This document shows, piece by piece, positions 43,854-53,587 of a DNA stretch of 64,000 bases. Each line of letters begins with the position of its first letter. Position 1 is the first letter of the stretch. Both the position numbers and the translations under genes were made by a program. The notes beneath the pieces were generated by a model that did not search any database, had not been told where the DNA came from, and was given only the letters and a program-made list of their open reading frames with translations. The DNA comes from Clostridia bacterium (lineage in GTDB: Bacteria; Bacillota; Clostridia; Oscillospirales; CAG-272): NCBI GenBank assembly GCA_017456545.1, contig JAFTJE010000012.1, forward strand, positions 8,829-72,828, in the 5' to 3' direction.

Positions 43854-43884
43854 TTGACTTTTACCCAACGTAAAAAACTATAAT
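43854..43884 (+). promoter_or_regulatory. MerR-type promoter/operator
   Basis: TTGACT-19bp-TATAAT with dyad TTTTAC-N5-GTAAAA. Confidence 0.75.
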
Positions 43885-43908
43885 TTCGGTGTAAATGGAG
43901 GTGTTTCT

Positions 43909-45111
43909 ATGAAAATAAAGTCTGTATGCGAATTAACCGGTCTTACCGATCGCACGATTCGTTACTATATTGAAGAAAAACTGATATCTCCCTTGTACAC
44001 CGAGAATTATTTGGGTCGTAAAACCTATAACTTTTCCGAAAAAGACATTAAAGACTTAAACGATATTGCCGTTTTGCGAAAATTTGATTTCACTTTGGAG
44101 GAGATAAAATCGGTAATCAATGACGCGGAAGCAAGTAAAGAAATTCTTTCCAATGTAAAAGATAGAACGGCACAAACTGTTTTGGATGGTCAAAACAAAC
44201 TCTTTGTGTTATCACAGATCAGTACCGAAAAAACTTATACAGTCGCAGAGCTTGCTGAGGCGTTATCAAAGGTCTCTTTGGATATGCCTGAGCATAAGGA
44301 AACAATTAAAACCAATATTCTAAAAACGGCATTGTCTGTTTTAAAAACAATAATAATCTTTGCGGTTGTTTGGCTGCCGATAGCGTTAAGCATATTTGTA
44401 GTCACCATTAGTATCAATGATTATCATTATCCCGTTTTTGAACCTATAATGATTGGATTGACAATTACTTCTTTTCTACCGTCCATAACGGTATTGATTG
44501 TGTCAAAAACAAAACTGAAATGGAAAAAGATTGCGCAACGAATTTTGCTCGTTTTTTGTATTTTGAGCATCCCCGTTAGCTTTTTTATGTCATTTGGAAT
44601 TGTGTCAAAATCCCAAACAACAGATATTAGAAATTACCGTGACTTTGATGCTGATTGCCTTGCCAATAGAAATGTGGTGTTCCAAGAGTTGTTCCCAAAC
44701 TGGCCGAATTATTTTGAAAACGTGAAACAAGCAGACGGCAGTTATAAAACAGTTTATTTAGATTCACATTATTATTATCACTACCACCAAGGATTTGACT
44801 ACACCTACGATATATATGCCGAGTGGCCATTGAGTGAAGATGAATACGTCAAAGAGGTAAAACGAGCAACTGCTGTATTTACAAAAAACATTGAAAACAA
44901 AACGTACAATTATAAGTTTGCAGAAATTATAAAAGGTGACTATAATTGTCTGGTGCTGTACAACGGTGATGCGCCTTTCACCAAGGCGACCGATAATTAT
45001 GATTATATTATTTTTGCTTATAATGATGAAAATAACACCGTTCGGTACATCTACTGTGACAGTCTTGAAAACGGCGCCGATCAGCCGTATTATTTAGAAC
45101 TTGATTGGTGA
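43909..45111 (+). CDS. MerR-HTH regulator with TM helices and a C-terminal extracytoplasmic domain
   Basis: IKSVCELTGLTDRTIRYY..LISP; about 3 hydrophobic segments mid-protein. Confidence 0.82.
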   Translation: MKIKSVCELTGLTDRTIRYYIEEKLISPLYTENYLGRKTYNFSEKDIKDLNDIAVLRKFDFTLEEIKSVINDAEASKEILSNVKDRTAQTVLDGQNKLFVLSQISTEKTYTVAELAEALSKVSLDMPEHKETIKTNILKTALSVLKTIIIFAVVWLPIALSIFVVTISINDYHYPVFEPIMIGLTITSFLPSITVLIVSKTKLKWKKIAQRILLVFCILSIPVSFFMSFGIVSKSQTTDIRNYRDFDADCLANRNVVFQELFPNWPNYFENVKQADGSYKTVYLDSHYYYHYHQGFDYTYDIYAEWPLSEDEYVKEVKRATAVFTKNIENKTYNYKFAEIIKGDYNCLVLYNGDAPFTKATDNYDYIIFAYNDENNTVRYIYCDSLENGADQPYYLELDW

Positions 45112-45689
45112 TATCTTTTTCGGTGCAACGTGCCAATAAAAGAAAAACACATCCACACGGATGTGTTTTTCTTTTATTCGCTACGGAATGAGGCTTGAGC
45201 CATATGGTCAAGGGATTATGAGCCCGAGGGCGAATAACTTGTTTGCCAGTGAAAACGATTGAGTATCGTTTTCATGCCTGCAAATCGCCACAAAGCAAAG
45301 AGTTTTCCGAGCCGAGTGTAAACAAAGTGTCGAGGTGAGAGAAAACGACTATGCGACTGGTGCGGTGGTTATATTAAAACAACTGTGTGTTGTTTTCTTG
45401 CCAGCGTTTCTCCGTCGAACAAGGAGTATGCCAAGTTGAGTGTAAACGAAGTGTCGAAACGCGGCAGACGACTATGTGAACGGAGAGAAAGGTCATGTGG
45501 TTCAAATCCCTTCCCCACACCTAAAACAAACCTAAATTGAACCATCGGTTCGGTTTAGGTTTTTTCTTTTGTGTGGTGGAGTTTGAATCCTTTGCGACTC
45601 CGTGTTATACACGACGAGCGTGGCTTGATGGGAATTGAGAGAAAAAACGCTCAGTGAGTCGATTAGTGAGTCGATTAAGTTACAAGCAC

Positions 45690-45718
45690 TTGACAATTTA
45701 TGCGCTTTGCGCTATAAT
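45690..45718 (+). promoter_or_regulatory. Methyltransferase promoter containing two GCGC sites
   Basis: TTGACA-ATTTATGCGCTTTGCGC-TATAAT. Confidence 0.8.
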
Positions 45719-45740
45719 TTTTAATTAGTGAGGTGTGTAT

Positions 45741-46718
45741 ATGATTGAGATTACTGATAAAAAATTAAATGGATATAAATTCATAGATTTGTTTGCTGGT
45801 ATGGGTGGATTTAGAATAGCATTGGAATCACTTGGTGCCGAATGTGTTTATTCAAATGAATGGGATGTTCCTGTGCAAAAAGTATATGCTGATAATTTTG
45901 GGGATGTTCCAGAAGGTGATATAACAAAAATTGATGAATATTCTATTCCTTATCACGATATTCTTTGTGCTGGGTTTCCTTGTCAGGCATTCTCGATTAG
46001 TGGAAAGCAACGAGGGTTTGAAGATAGTAGGGGCACATTGTTTTTTGATGTAGCTAGAATTGTTAGGGCTAAAAAGCCTAAAATTGTATTTATGGAAAAT
46101 GTTAAAAATTTTGCCACGCATGACAACGGTAGAACCTTACAAATTGTAAAAAATATAATGGAAGAATTAGGATATGTTTTTTACCAAAAAATATTGAATT
46201 CGGTAGACTACGGTATACCGCAAAAACGAGAAAGAATTTATATGGTTTGCTTTAGAAAAGATTTACAAATAAACGACTTTGTATATCCAAAAAAAATCAA
46301 GCTTATACGACATGTTGAGGATTATTTATTACGAGATGAAGATCAGGTTAAACATTTGTATGTCAACAGATCAGATACGCAATTTAATAAAACAAAGGAT
46401 GATACTTACAGCAATAAGACAATTAGACTTGGAATAGTAAATAAAGGTGGACAAGGAGAGCGTATTTATAGCACAAAGGGAATAGCTATAACTCTTTCTG
46501 CTTGTGGAGGGGGAGTATTTGCTAGAACAGGTGGATATCTAATTAACGGAAAAACTCGTCGTTTGCATCCTAGGGAATGTGCAAGAATTATGGGTTATCC
46601 GGATTCCTATAGGCTAGCAAAAAATGCAAATCAAGCATACAAGCAACTTGGTAATTCTGTTGTAATTGATGTTTTACAGTATATTGCTTGTCAAATTGCA
46701 AATGTGGTGGAACGATGA
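45741..46718 (+). CDS. C5-cytosine DNA methyltransferase, M.HhaI-like (predicted GCGC)
   Basis: FAGMGG, GFPCQ, ENV, QKRER; TRD GIVNKGGQGERIYS..IAITLSA.GGG closely resembles M.HhaI as recalled. Confidence 0.92.
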   Translation: MIEITDKKLNGYKFIDLFAGMGGFRIALESLGAECVYSNEWDVPVQKVYADNFGDVPEGDITKIDEYSIPYHDILCAGFPCQAFSISGKQRGFEDSRGTLFFDVARIVRAKKPKIVFMENVKNFATHDNGRTLQIVKNIMEELGYVFYQKILNSVDYGIPQKRERIYMVCFRKDLQINDFVYPKKIKLIRHVEDYLLRDEDQVKHLYVNRSDTQFNKTKDDTYSNKTIRLGIVNKGGQGERIYSTKGIAITLSACGGGVFARTGGYLINGKTRRLHPRECARIMGYPDSYRLAKNANQAYKQLGNSVVIDVLQYIACQIANVVER

Positions 46719-47011
46719 ACGAAATAGATTTTAAGGCTTGGTTACGATCACAAAATACAATAAAAAAAGTTCAAGGCGATTTAATTTCAAGAATTAAACG
46801 CCTTGAACGTGTATTCGGTAATATTGACTTAGACGAAGAATATCAAAAAGATAAGTGCTGTTTTTTACTCTCTCTATTTAAAAACAAAGGAGTAAATTCC
46901 GAAATGAACAAATTTGAAATAGCGGAACTTCCAATAGGTCAATATCAATTAAGCACTTATAAGTATGCTTTGAAAAAGTACATATCATTTATCGAGTCAG
47001 AATGTCTATAA
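46715..47011 (+). CDS. Small hypothetical protein coupled to the methyltransferase
   Basis: ATGA overlap with the MTase stop codon. Confidence 0.65.
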   Translation: MNEIDFKAWLRSQNTIKKVQGDLISRIKRLERVFGNIDLDEEYQKDKCCFLLSLFKNKGVNSEMNKFEIAELPIGQYQLSTYKYALKKYISFIESECL

Positions 47012-47783
47012 ATCCAACATTTGAAATTGAATCTATTTGTGGTTCAAACTCCACAGAAAATATAACATTAGCATTAAGCGTATTTGAAAGTTTTCTAATT
47101 TCATATACGTTTTCTCTTTTTGAAAACATATATTCTGTTCCATCTAATTTAAACCTTATATTGTGAAGTTCGCTATTAGAAATAGCCATCATTCTATCGC
47201 CTTTTACACCAATGGCAATAATAGGATAATTGTTTTCAATATAATTTTTCATCTTTGCAACATTATTTTTTCCAACATATCCCGAACCACTTCTTTTAAC
47301 CCTATATGTAGCAGATATATTAAAAACATTTTCAATGTCTTCTATTGAAAAAATTTCAAAGTTATTCGTAATAATATATTTCGTTTCTTTTCTTTTGTAA
47401 TAATTTTTTATCCATGCTGCAAAAACATCAGTACCATTTTCCATTTCTATAAGTTTTCCCCTAGTTCCTGCATTTTTAAATGATTCAAAATCTTGATTCA
47501 TATATTCAATTATTGCGTGGGAGTATGGATTGATTGGTGTTGCGTTCAAATGACTATAATCAAACATTTCTATCCCTATATTAGGTAATAAAACAAACTG
47601 TCCACATTGAGCAGGGCAATGCTTCGCTTCAATGTAAAAAGATTTTCCACTATTAGTCACCACTTCAATGTCGGATTTTGTGGAATCGCTTTTTCCTTTC
47701 CAAGTAAAATGTGCATATTGACCGAAATGTCTTTCTAAATAGTCAACACAAGACTTTTCAAAATCTTCCCAAACTTTAGCCAT
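46989..47783 (-). CDS. Type II restriction endonuclease, R.HhaI-like
   Basis: SDSTKSDI..FYIEAK..QCGQFVL, YRVKRSGS, LSNTLNANVIFS resemble R.HhaI as recalled. Confidence 0.78.
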   Translation of the reverse strand: MAKVWEDFEKSCVDYLERHFGQYAHFTWKGKSDSTKSDIEVVTNSGKSFYIEAKHCPAQCGQFVLLPNIGIEMFDYSHLNATPINPYSHAIIEYMNQDFESFKNAGTRGKLIEMENGTDVFAAWIKNYYKRKETKYIITNNFEIFSIEDIENVFNISATYRVKRSGSGYVGKNNVAKMKNYIENNYPIIAIGVKGDRMMAISNSELHNIRFKLDGTEYMFSKRENVYEIRKLSNTLNANVIFSVEFEPQIDSISNVGFIDILTR

Positions 47784-48759
47784 TGTTATTGCCTCCTTGC
47801 TTTTTTATAAATTCAAGTATTGATGTACCTATTGCCTTAATTACATTTACAGTCATTGCATTTCCTGCTTGCATAAGCAAGTGCCTATCTTTAACAAAAT
47901 TTTTAACCCTCATAGCATATTCTTTTGGAAAACCTTGTAACAGCAAAGCTTCAAATCCGGTTAGTTGAAAAATAGTATTATTTTTAACATATAGAATACC
48001 ATCTCTTTGTGCTCGTAAAGTTGGGCATTTGCCGTCATATATTCTCAAATCGCTCATTCGAGTGTCTATGATTTTCCCTTCCATTTGAGTGATATCTGCA
48101 ACAGAATATTTGCCGTTGTTAGTTGGGTTATTCAAATAATAATGCAATATTTCGAGCCTTTCTGGAGTAGCTAAATTGTCATCAATTAAAAAATCCATTA
48201 AATTCGGTTTTATGATTTTTGGCGGCCATTCAAACTTAGAAAAATCAAAGTTCAAATCAGTTCTAAAACCAACAAAATAAACCCTTTGACGCATTTGTGG
48301 GACACCATAATCTAGGCTTGTCAAAACTCTGTACGATGTTGTATATCCACAATTTGTCAGTTCGTTTATAATCGTTTTGATTGTTTTCCCATTATCATGA
48401 GTTACCAATCCTTTTACATTTTCCAAGATAAAAACTTTTGGTGATTTCTCTTTTATAATTCTTGATAGATGGAATATGATTTGTCCCCTATCATCAGAGA
48501 AACCCTCTTGTCTACCGATAACAGAAAAAGTTTGGCAAGGGAATCCTGCAATCAAAACATCAAAATCAGGTAAATTTTCTTTTCCCAATTTTTTCAAATT
48601 TCCAAAATTTTTGTCCTCAGTTTGATGCATTAGTATATATGTTCTGTCGGCTAAACGACTCGTGTCGGAATGTCCTACACATCTTAGTCCACATTGTTCT
48701 AACCCTAGCCTTCCACCACCGATTCCTGAACAAAAATCAAAGAATGTATTAATCATCAT
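47776..48759 (-). CDS. Second C5-cytosine DNA methyltransferase (H. pylori GCGC-MTase-like)
   Basis: DFCSGIGGGRLGLEQC, GFPCQ, ENVKGL, DTRMSDLR..PTLR, QAGNAM. Confidence 0.88.
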   Translation of the reverse strand: MMINTFFDFCSGIGGGRLGLEQCGLRCVGHSDTSRLADRTYILMHQTEDKNFGNLKKLGKENLPDFDVLIAGFPCQTFSVIGRQEGFSDDRGQIIFHLSRIIKEKSPKVFILENVKGLVTHDNGKTIKTIINELTNCGYTTSYRVLTSLDYGVPQMRQRVYFVGFRTDLNFDFSKFEWPPKIIKPNLMDFLIDDNLATPERLEILHYYLNNPTNNGKYSVADITQMEGKIIDTRMSDLRIYDGKCPTLRAQRDGILYVKNNTIFQLTGFEALLLQGFPKEYAMRVKNFVKDRHLLMQAGNAMTVNVIKAIGTSILEFIKKQGGNNNG

Positions 48760-48967
48760 TTTGCTCTACAAACAATTTATAAGTTTTAATTTCTAATGCA
48801 TCGGCAATTTTTTGAATATTGTCAAGAGAAATGCTTCTTCTAAAACATTCGATATCACTTATATATGTTCTGTGTAAACCTGAAAGCTCAGCTAATTTTT
48901 CTTGAGAAATATTCTTTTCCTTGCGATAATTACGCACATTTGTTCCGAAAACTCTAATAATATCCAT
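48749..48967 (-). CDS. R-M controller (C) protein, XRE HTH
   Basis: SQEKLAELSGLHRTYISDIE; leads the M-R operon. Confidence 0.85.
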   Translation of the reverse strand: MDIIRVFGTNVRNYRKEKNISQEKLAELSGLHRTYISDIECFRRSISLDNIQKIADALEIKTYKLFVEQNDD

Positions 48968-49012
48968 GTTTCACCTCAAAAAAATCTTACAATTATATTT
49001 TAATTCTTGGTA

Positions 49013-49038
49013 GACAATAAGTCTACACACGATAAGTG
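49013..49038 (-). promoter_or_regulatory. Tandem C-box operator
   Basis: Minus strand CACTTATCGTG-TGTA-GACTTATTGTC resembles GACTTATAGTC C-boxes. Confidence 0.7.
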
Positions 49039-49166
49039 GCATAAGGATTTGACTCTTTTATAAAAACCGAGTGTTGTTCTCCTGCCTATGTTCGCTTTTC
49101 CACGGCAAAAAGCATTTTTATTTTAGGTTGAAAAGCTATGGGATTTATGGTATTATTATTGTATAA

Positions 49167-49946
49167 ATGAAAAATGGTGGTATGGCTAAAATGAGTATTA
49201 AGAAAAACTGGATAACCTCTGCACACAGAGGATTTGTAGACGGCACATTGAAGGAAAACAGCCTTGCGGCGTATTACAACGCTTACTTAAACGGGGCAGA
49301 TATGATAGAAACCGATGCCAGATTCACCTGTGACGGCGTGTTGGTAGTAAATCATGATGCAACTGTGACAGGCTTTAACGAAAGAGGAGAAAGGGTAACC
49401 TACATCGTTGCCGAAACTCCTGCAAAAACCGTATGCTCGGTAATTCTGTCAAAGGATGATGTGTGGGGAACACAGCGTGTTCCGACATTGGAGCAGGTTT
49501 TGAATTTAGCCTATCACACAGGGTTACATGTAAACATAGATTTGAAAAACGGTTATGAAAGTGCAGAGCCCGTAGCTAAAGCAGTGCTGAAATGCGGTAT
49601 GCAGGGAAAGATTGTTTATGCACTCAACGGCTCCGGGATGAAAGGAATAGAAGCCATTTTAGCTATTGACCCCGATGCACGGTTTATCGATAGGGGAGTT
49701 GGCTTTGCAAATACCGTAAGTGGCTTTTCCGAACGGGGAAAAAGATGCTTCTGCTATACAGACGATGTAAGTGAGGAAAATATAAACGCTATCCGTAACG
49801 CAGGATGCCTTCTTGCACTTATCAGCCTTAACCCTGACAATTTCGAGTCAGCCATTTGTCGAAAGCCCGATATGTGTGAGTTCTTACATAGCTCGGATTT
49901 CAAGGCAATAGAGGAAAATTACCTGAAGAAAATAAGACTGTATTGA
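49167..49946 (+). CDS. Glycerophosphodiester phosphodiesterase family protein
   Basis: AHRG, ENS, IETD, HD, VPTLEQ, NIDLK. Confidence 0.85.
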   Translation: MKNGGMAKMSIKKNWITSAHRGFVDGTLKENSLAAYYNAYLNGADMIETDARFTCDGVLVVNHDATVTGFNERGERVTYIVAETPAKTVCSVILSKDDVWGTQRVPTLEQVLNLAYHTGLHVNIDLKNGYESAEPVAKAVLKCGMQGKIVYALNGSGMKGIEAILAIDPDARFIDRGVGFANTVSGFSERGKRCFCYTDDVSEENINAIRNAGCLLALISLNPDNFESAICRKPDMCEFLHSSDFKAIEENYLKKIRLY

Positions 49947-49993
49947 AAACCAATTAAAAAAGCCTTGAAAACAATGAGTTTTCAAGTTTTTTT

Positions 49994-50048
49994 TGGTCTG
50001 AGTAGTGAAATTTAATTCACAGCCCCTACTATCCAAAAGATAATGGCG
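49994..50048 (-). pseudogene. Decayed copy of the 3' two-thirds of tRNA-Pro (att-like scar)
   Basis: TGGTCTGAGTAG is identical to 52078-52089 and the alignment continues degenerately for ~55 nt. Confidence 0.6.
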
Positions 50049-50229
50049 ATTATGAATTGTTTTATTGCATACAAGCATTAGACAAACATTATTTATCAAT
50101 ATATGAAGGTGATTTTGTGAGCTTGCTTGCCTGAAATGTATTTGTGATTTATATTAAGCATTTATTTGCACTTATTTAATTGAATTTTGTTTAATTATAT
50201 GGTAAAATGGGCTTGTAATAAAAAATAGA

Positions 50230-51858
50230 TTGGAGAACAATATGTTAAGCTTTGATAAATTTCATTTTAGTTCAAGAAATTCCTTGATATCTGTTACAAA
50301 GGTTAATGAAAATTTAATTTTACATTCGCTTCATAACGGTGGAATGGTTCCACTTATGGAGCTTGAATACTCTAATTCAATAACCGAAACCTTTTTGCCT
50401 TGGGAGCTTCAGGTAACTGCGAATGATGAAATGCACAAAATGTGCTTGTTTGGTAAGGATGGGATTTGTTTCTTTGGAAAAGGAAGCTCACCCTGTTTTA
50501 GCTATATTTATATGAAGGGAGTGTATAATGCAAATTATATTTATGAGGGAAAGAACATTTTGAAGCTTTGCGATTGCTTTACTAATACATTCCATACCTT
50601 CAAAATTCATAAAGGAACTGTCTCTCTTGATACAAAGGACAGTGAAAGAAGAATATACAAGGATTACATAAAAATAAGAGTTTTACCGGATGAAAACGGA
50701 GAATATGAGTTTACCCTTCGTCTTAGCACAAGTGAGCATTCTGTTTATACTGATTTGACATATAATGAATATTCGGAATGCAAAAAAAATGAATATCTTG
50801 CCTGGGAAGAAAAAATGAAATGTCAAAACGAATGTGATAAAGCATGTGCATATATTTTGTGGAGTAATATTATATCCGGCGAGGGTAATTACGACAGAGA
50901 CGCAATTGTAATGAGTAAGTCCGGTATGTGTAAGCTTTGGTCCTGGGATAATACCTTTAATGCCCTTGATTTGGCTGATAAGGATTTTGAGCTTTCGTAT
51001 AATCAGTTTATTTATCCTTATAGATTTATGGACAATCATGGCAGAACACCGGATACTGTTACTACTGTAAATATGGAAAAGGCATTTGTAAAGCCTCCAA
51101 TCCAGGGCTGGATTTATAAACAGCTCGTAAAACGGAATAAAAAATATGAGGATATTGAGGTCTTAGATGAGCTATATTATTTTATGAAAAAGAACACGGA
51201 CTGGTGGCTCAACTATCGTGGAAATACTCCCTGTTATTATCATGGAAATGACTCGGGCAACGATAATGCGACATGCTTTGATAATACGGAGATTATTCAG
51301 TCTCCGGATTTAATTGCGTATTTGTCGGTTCAATGTGATGTCCTGTCACAGATGGCAGAGAAGCTTAATTTATGTAATGATACCAGAATATACAAAATGC
51401 TGTCAAGTGAGCTTTTGCAAAAGTGCGTAACGCATTTTTGGGATGGAGAAATTTTTATCCGTAACGGTATGACAGAGGAAATATACAGACCCCAAAGCTT
51501 AATGCCACTAAGAATGATTGTTTTAGAGAATAAGCTTCCCACTGATATAAGAGAGTACATACTTAATAAGCTTAAAAATGATTTCTTATGTCCGTACGGT
51601 CTTGCAAGCGAATCTATACACAGTCCGTTCTATACACAAAACGGCTATTGGAGAGGACCTGCCTGGGGACCTGACCAAATTATATTTACCTTAGCCCTAA
51701 GAAATATGGGAGAGACCGAAATAAGCGAGACAATCGCAGCGGGCTACAAAAAAGCAATAGAAAAATCGGGATTTTCGGAGAATCACGACCCATTAACAGG
51801 TGATTCGTTAAAATGTAAGGCGTACAGCTGGACTGCAAACGCTTATAGATTATTATGA
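50230..51858 (+). CDS. (alpha/alpha)6 glycoside hydrolase, GH63/MGH1-like
   Basis: WSWD, KPPIQG, DSGNDN, YWRGPAW, FSEN, YSWTA. Confidence 0.8.
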   Translation: MENNMLSFDKFHFSSRNSLISVTKVNENLILHSLHNGGMVPLMELEYSNSITETFLPWELQVTANDEMHKMCLFGKDGICFFGKGSSPCFSYIYMKGVYNANYIYEGKNILKLCDCFTNTFHTFKIHKGTVSLDTKDSERRIYKDYIKIRVLPDENGEYEFTLRLSTSEHSVYTDLTYNEYSECKKNEYLAWEEKMKCQNECDKACAYILWSNIISGEGNYDRDAIVMSKSGMCKLWSWDNTFNALDLADKDFELSYNQFIYPYRFMDNHGRTPDTVTTVNMEKAFVKPPIQGWIYKQLVKRNKKYEDIEVLDELYYFMKKNTDWWLNYRGNTPCYYHGNDSGNDNATCFDNTEIIQSPDLIAYLSVQCDVLSQMAEKLNLCNDTRIYKMLSSELLQKCVTHFWDGEIFIRNGMTEEIYRPQSLMPLRMIVLENKLPTDIREYILNKLKNDFLCPYGLASESIHSPFYTQNGYWRGPAWGPDQIIFTLALRNMGETEISETIAAGYKKAIEKSGFSENHDPLTGDSLKCKAYSWTANAYRLL

Positions 51859-52077
51859 CAAGAAAAAAGCCTTATCGGTTCCGATAGGGCTTTTGATATT
51901 TTAGTAATATGAACAAAAAGACAAGCCATGTTTTATGAAAGAATCTTGAAAAATAAGAACACATTTAATATAAAAAATTCTAAAAGTATTGCACTGTCAG
52001 ACCTCTGAAATTATCAATTTTCAAATAAAAAAGCAAGACCTTGTCCGTCCCAATAAAGTGTTCGGATAGGTCTTGCT

Positions 52078-52153
52078 TGGTCTGAGTAGCGGGATTTGAA
52101 CCCACGGCCTCTACCACCCCAAGGTAGCGCGCTACCATCTGCGCTATACCCAG
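52078..52153 (-). tRNA. tRNA-Pro(GGG)
   Basis: 76-nt cloverleaf; anticodon arm CTACC-TTGGGGT-GGTAG, GGTTCAAATCC T arm, encoded CCA. Confidence 0.96.
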
Positions 52154-52408
52154 ATTTTTGCTGCTTCGTTTATGTGCTTGTACATTATAGCACATGTTTT
52201 TCAGTTCGTCAAGATGTTTTTTGATTTTTATAAAAAAATTTTTTCGGTGGAGAAAAATATATAAAAATCCTATGTGAGCTGTCGAAATTTTATATAAAAC
52301 AGAGCAGATTTCAGGGTGGACGGAAATGCTGCAAACTAAAAAATGCAGAAAGCAGAGAATTTTTGCGAACTGAATCGGGTTCGCTTTGTTAATTCTCTGC
52401 TTTTAGCT

Positions 52409-53587
52409 TTATTCTGTTCGCTGTGTGTCCTGAGTGTCGGAAAAGTCCATTGTATCGGCAAACTCCTCAGAGTCGGGGAACTGTGCCCTTAACGCTTTTC
52501 GTTTTTTTGCCCGTCTTTTATGGTATATTTCCAAGCCTATATAGAACATAAGGGAAATAAACATTACAACATAGTAGCTGATAAGTCTCCATATAAGCAT
52601 TACACCGTTTGCAACAGCAGATACCGTGGCTAAAATGGACTCACCTGCTATAAATACGATTATAGACTTGAATACCTGACCTGCCGAGCCCTCAACACCG
52701 CCGGATGCACCGGGAGTAGGGATGAAGCCTACTGCAGTAACTGCAAAGGAGGTACCTGCAAGAGTAAGGAAATGATGGGATGCAGTGGCGGGAATATCCA
52801 TAGAGAGAAGGATAAAGAAGGATGAGGAATACAAAAATGTAAAGGAAATAATTTTTGTAATTACGGCAATAACAAACTGCTTTTTCTTCTTAAGAAGGTC
52901 GTCAAAGGCAGCCTGAACCTGCTCAAAATAGGTTTTAATTCCATCAACCTTAGGTCTAACCCACTTGAATATTCTGAACTTACAAAGAAAGCAGATAAAT
53001 CTTACCAATCCGTTACGAATCCTGCTGCTTGCACCAAGGGAGGCAATAAACAAACACATAAGGAAGTTAAGAACATAGCCTGCTATAATAATGGGAATCC
53101 ACCATGGGTCAGCCGAGGCTGTTAATGTATCAAAGAAAAACAGTCCGAGGAAGGAGAAGCCCGTTGTTACAAACATATAGATAATGAGGTTTGTAAGGAG
53201 TAATCCCGTAGACTCTGAAATTTTAATTTTTGATTTGGAAAATGCGTGAGCCTGGAAGGGCTGTCCACCTGTTGCCAAGGGAGTTATTCCGTTAAAGAAA
53301 TGCTCAGTCATGGCAATTGTATAGGTTGTTGACATTTTGATATTGCATTTTCTTGCCTTGGTAAGAATACAGAGTGAGAGAGGATAGGTGGCAAGATATA
53401 AAAGCACCATTAATACAGCAAGTAAAACATATCGGAAATCAACGCTTTGGAGTTGTTTACCGATAGCAGGCAAATCGTTCATGGAAAGAACAGTAAAGAA
53501 TAAAAGCAATGCTATTGTGATATACAAAATAAACAATGCAATTTTTTTACCGTTAAGTGGGTTTTTCGGTGGCTCGTTATTTTTCAT
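52409..53587 (-). CDS. Lysylphosphatidylglycerol-synthase TM (flippase-like) protein
   Basis: FFNGITPLATGGQP, PTPGASGGVE, IWRLISYY. Confidence 0.85.
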   Translation of the reverse strand: MKNNEPPKNPLNGKKIALFILYITIALLLFFTVLSMNDLPAIGKQLQSVDFRYVLLAVLMVLLYLATYPLSLCILTKARKCNIKMSTTYTIAMTEHFFNGITPLATGGQPFQAHAFSKSKIKISESTGLLLTNLIIYMFVTTGFSFLGLFFFDTLTASADPWWIPIIIAGYVLNFLMCLFIASLGASSRIRNGLVRFICFLCKFRIFKWVRPKVDGIKTYFEQVQAAFDDLLKKKKQFVIAVITKIISFTFLYSSSFFILLSMDIPATASHHFLTLAGTSFAVTAVGFIPTPGASGGVEGSAGQVFKSIIVFIAGESILATVSAVANGVMLIWRLISYYVVMFISLMFYIGLEIYHKRRAKKRKALRAQFPDSEEFADTMDFSDTQDTQRTE

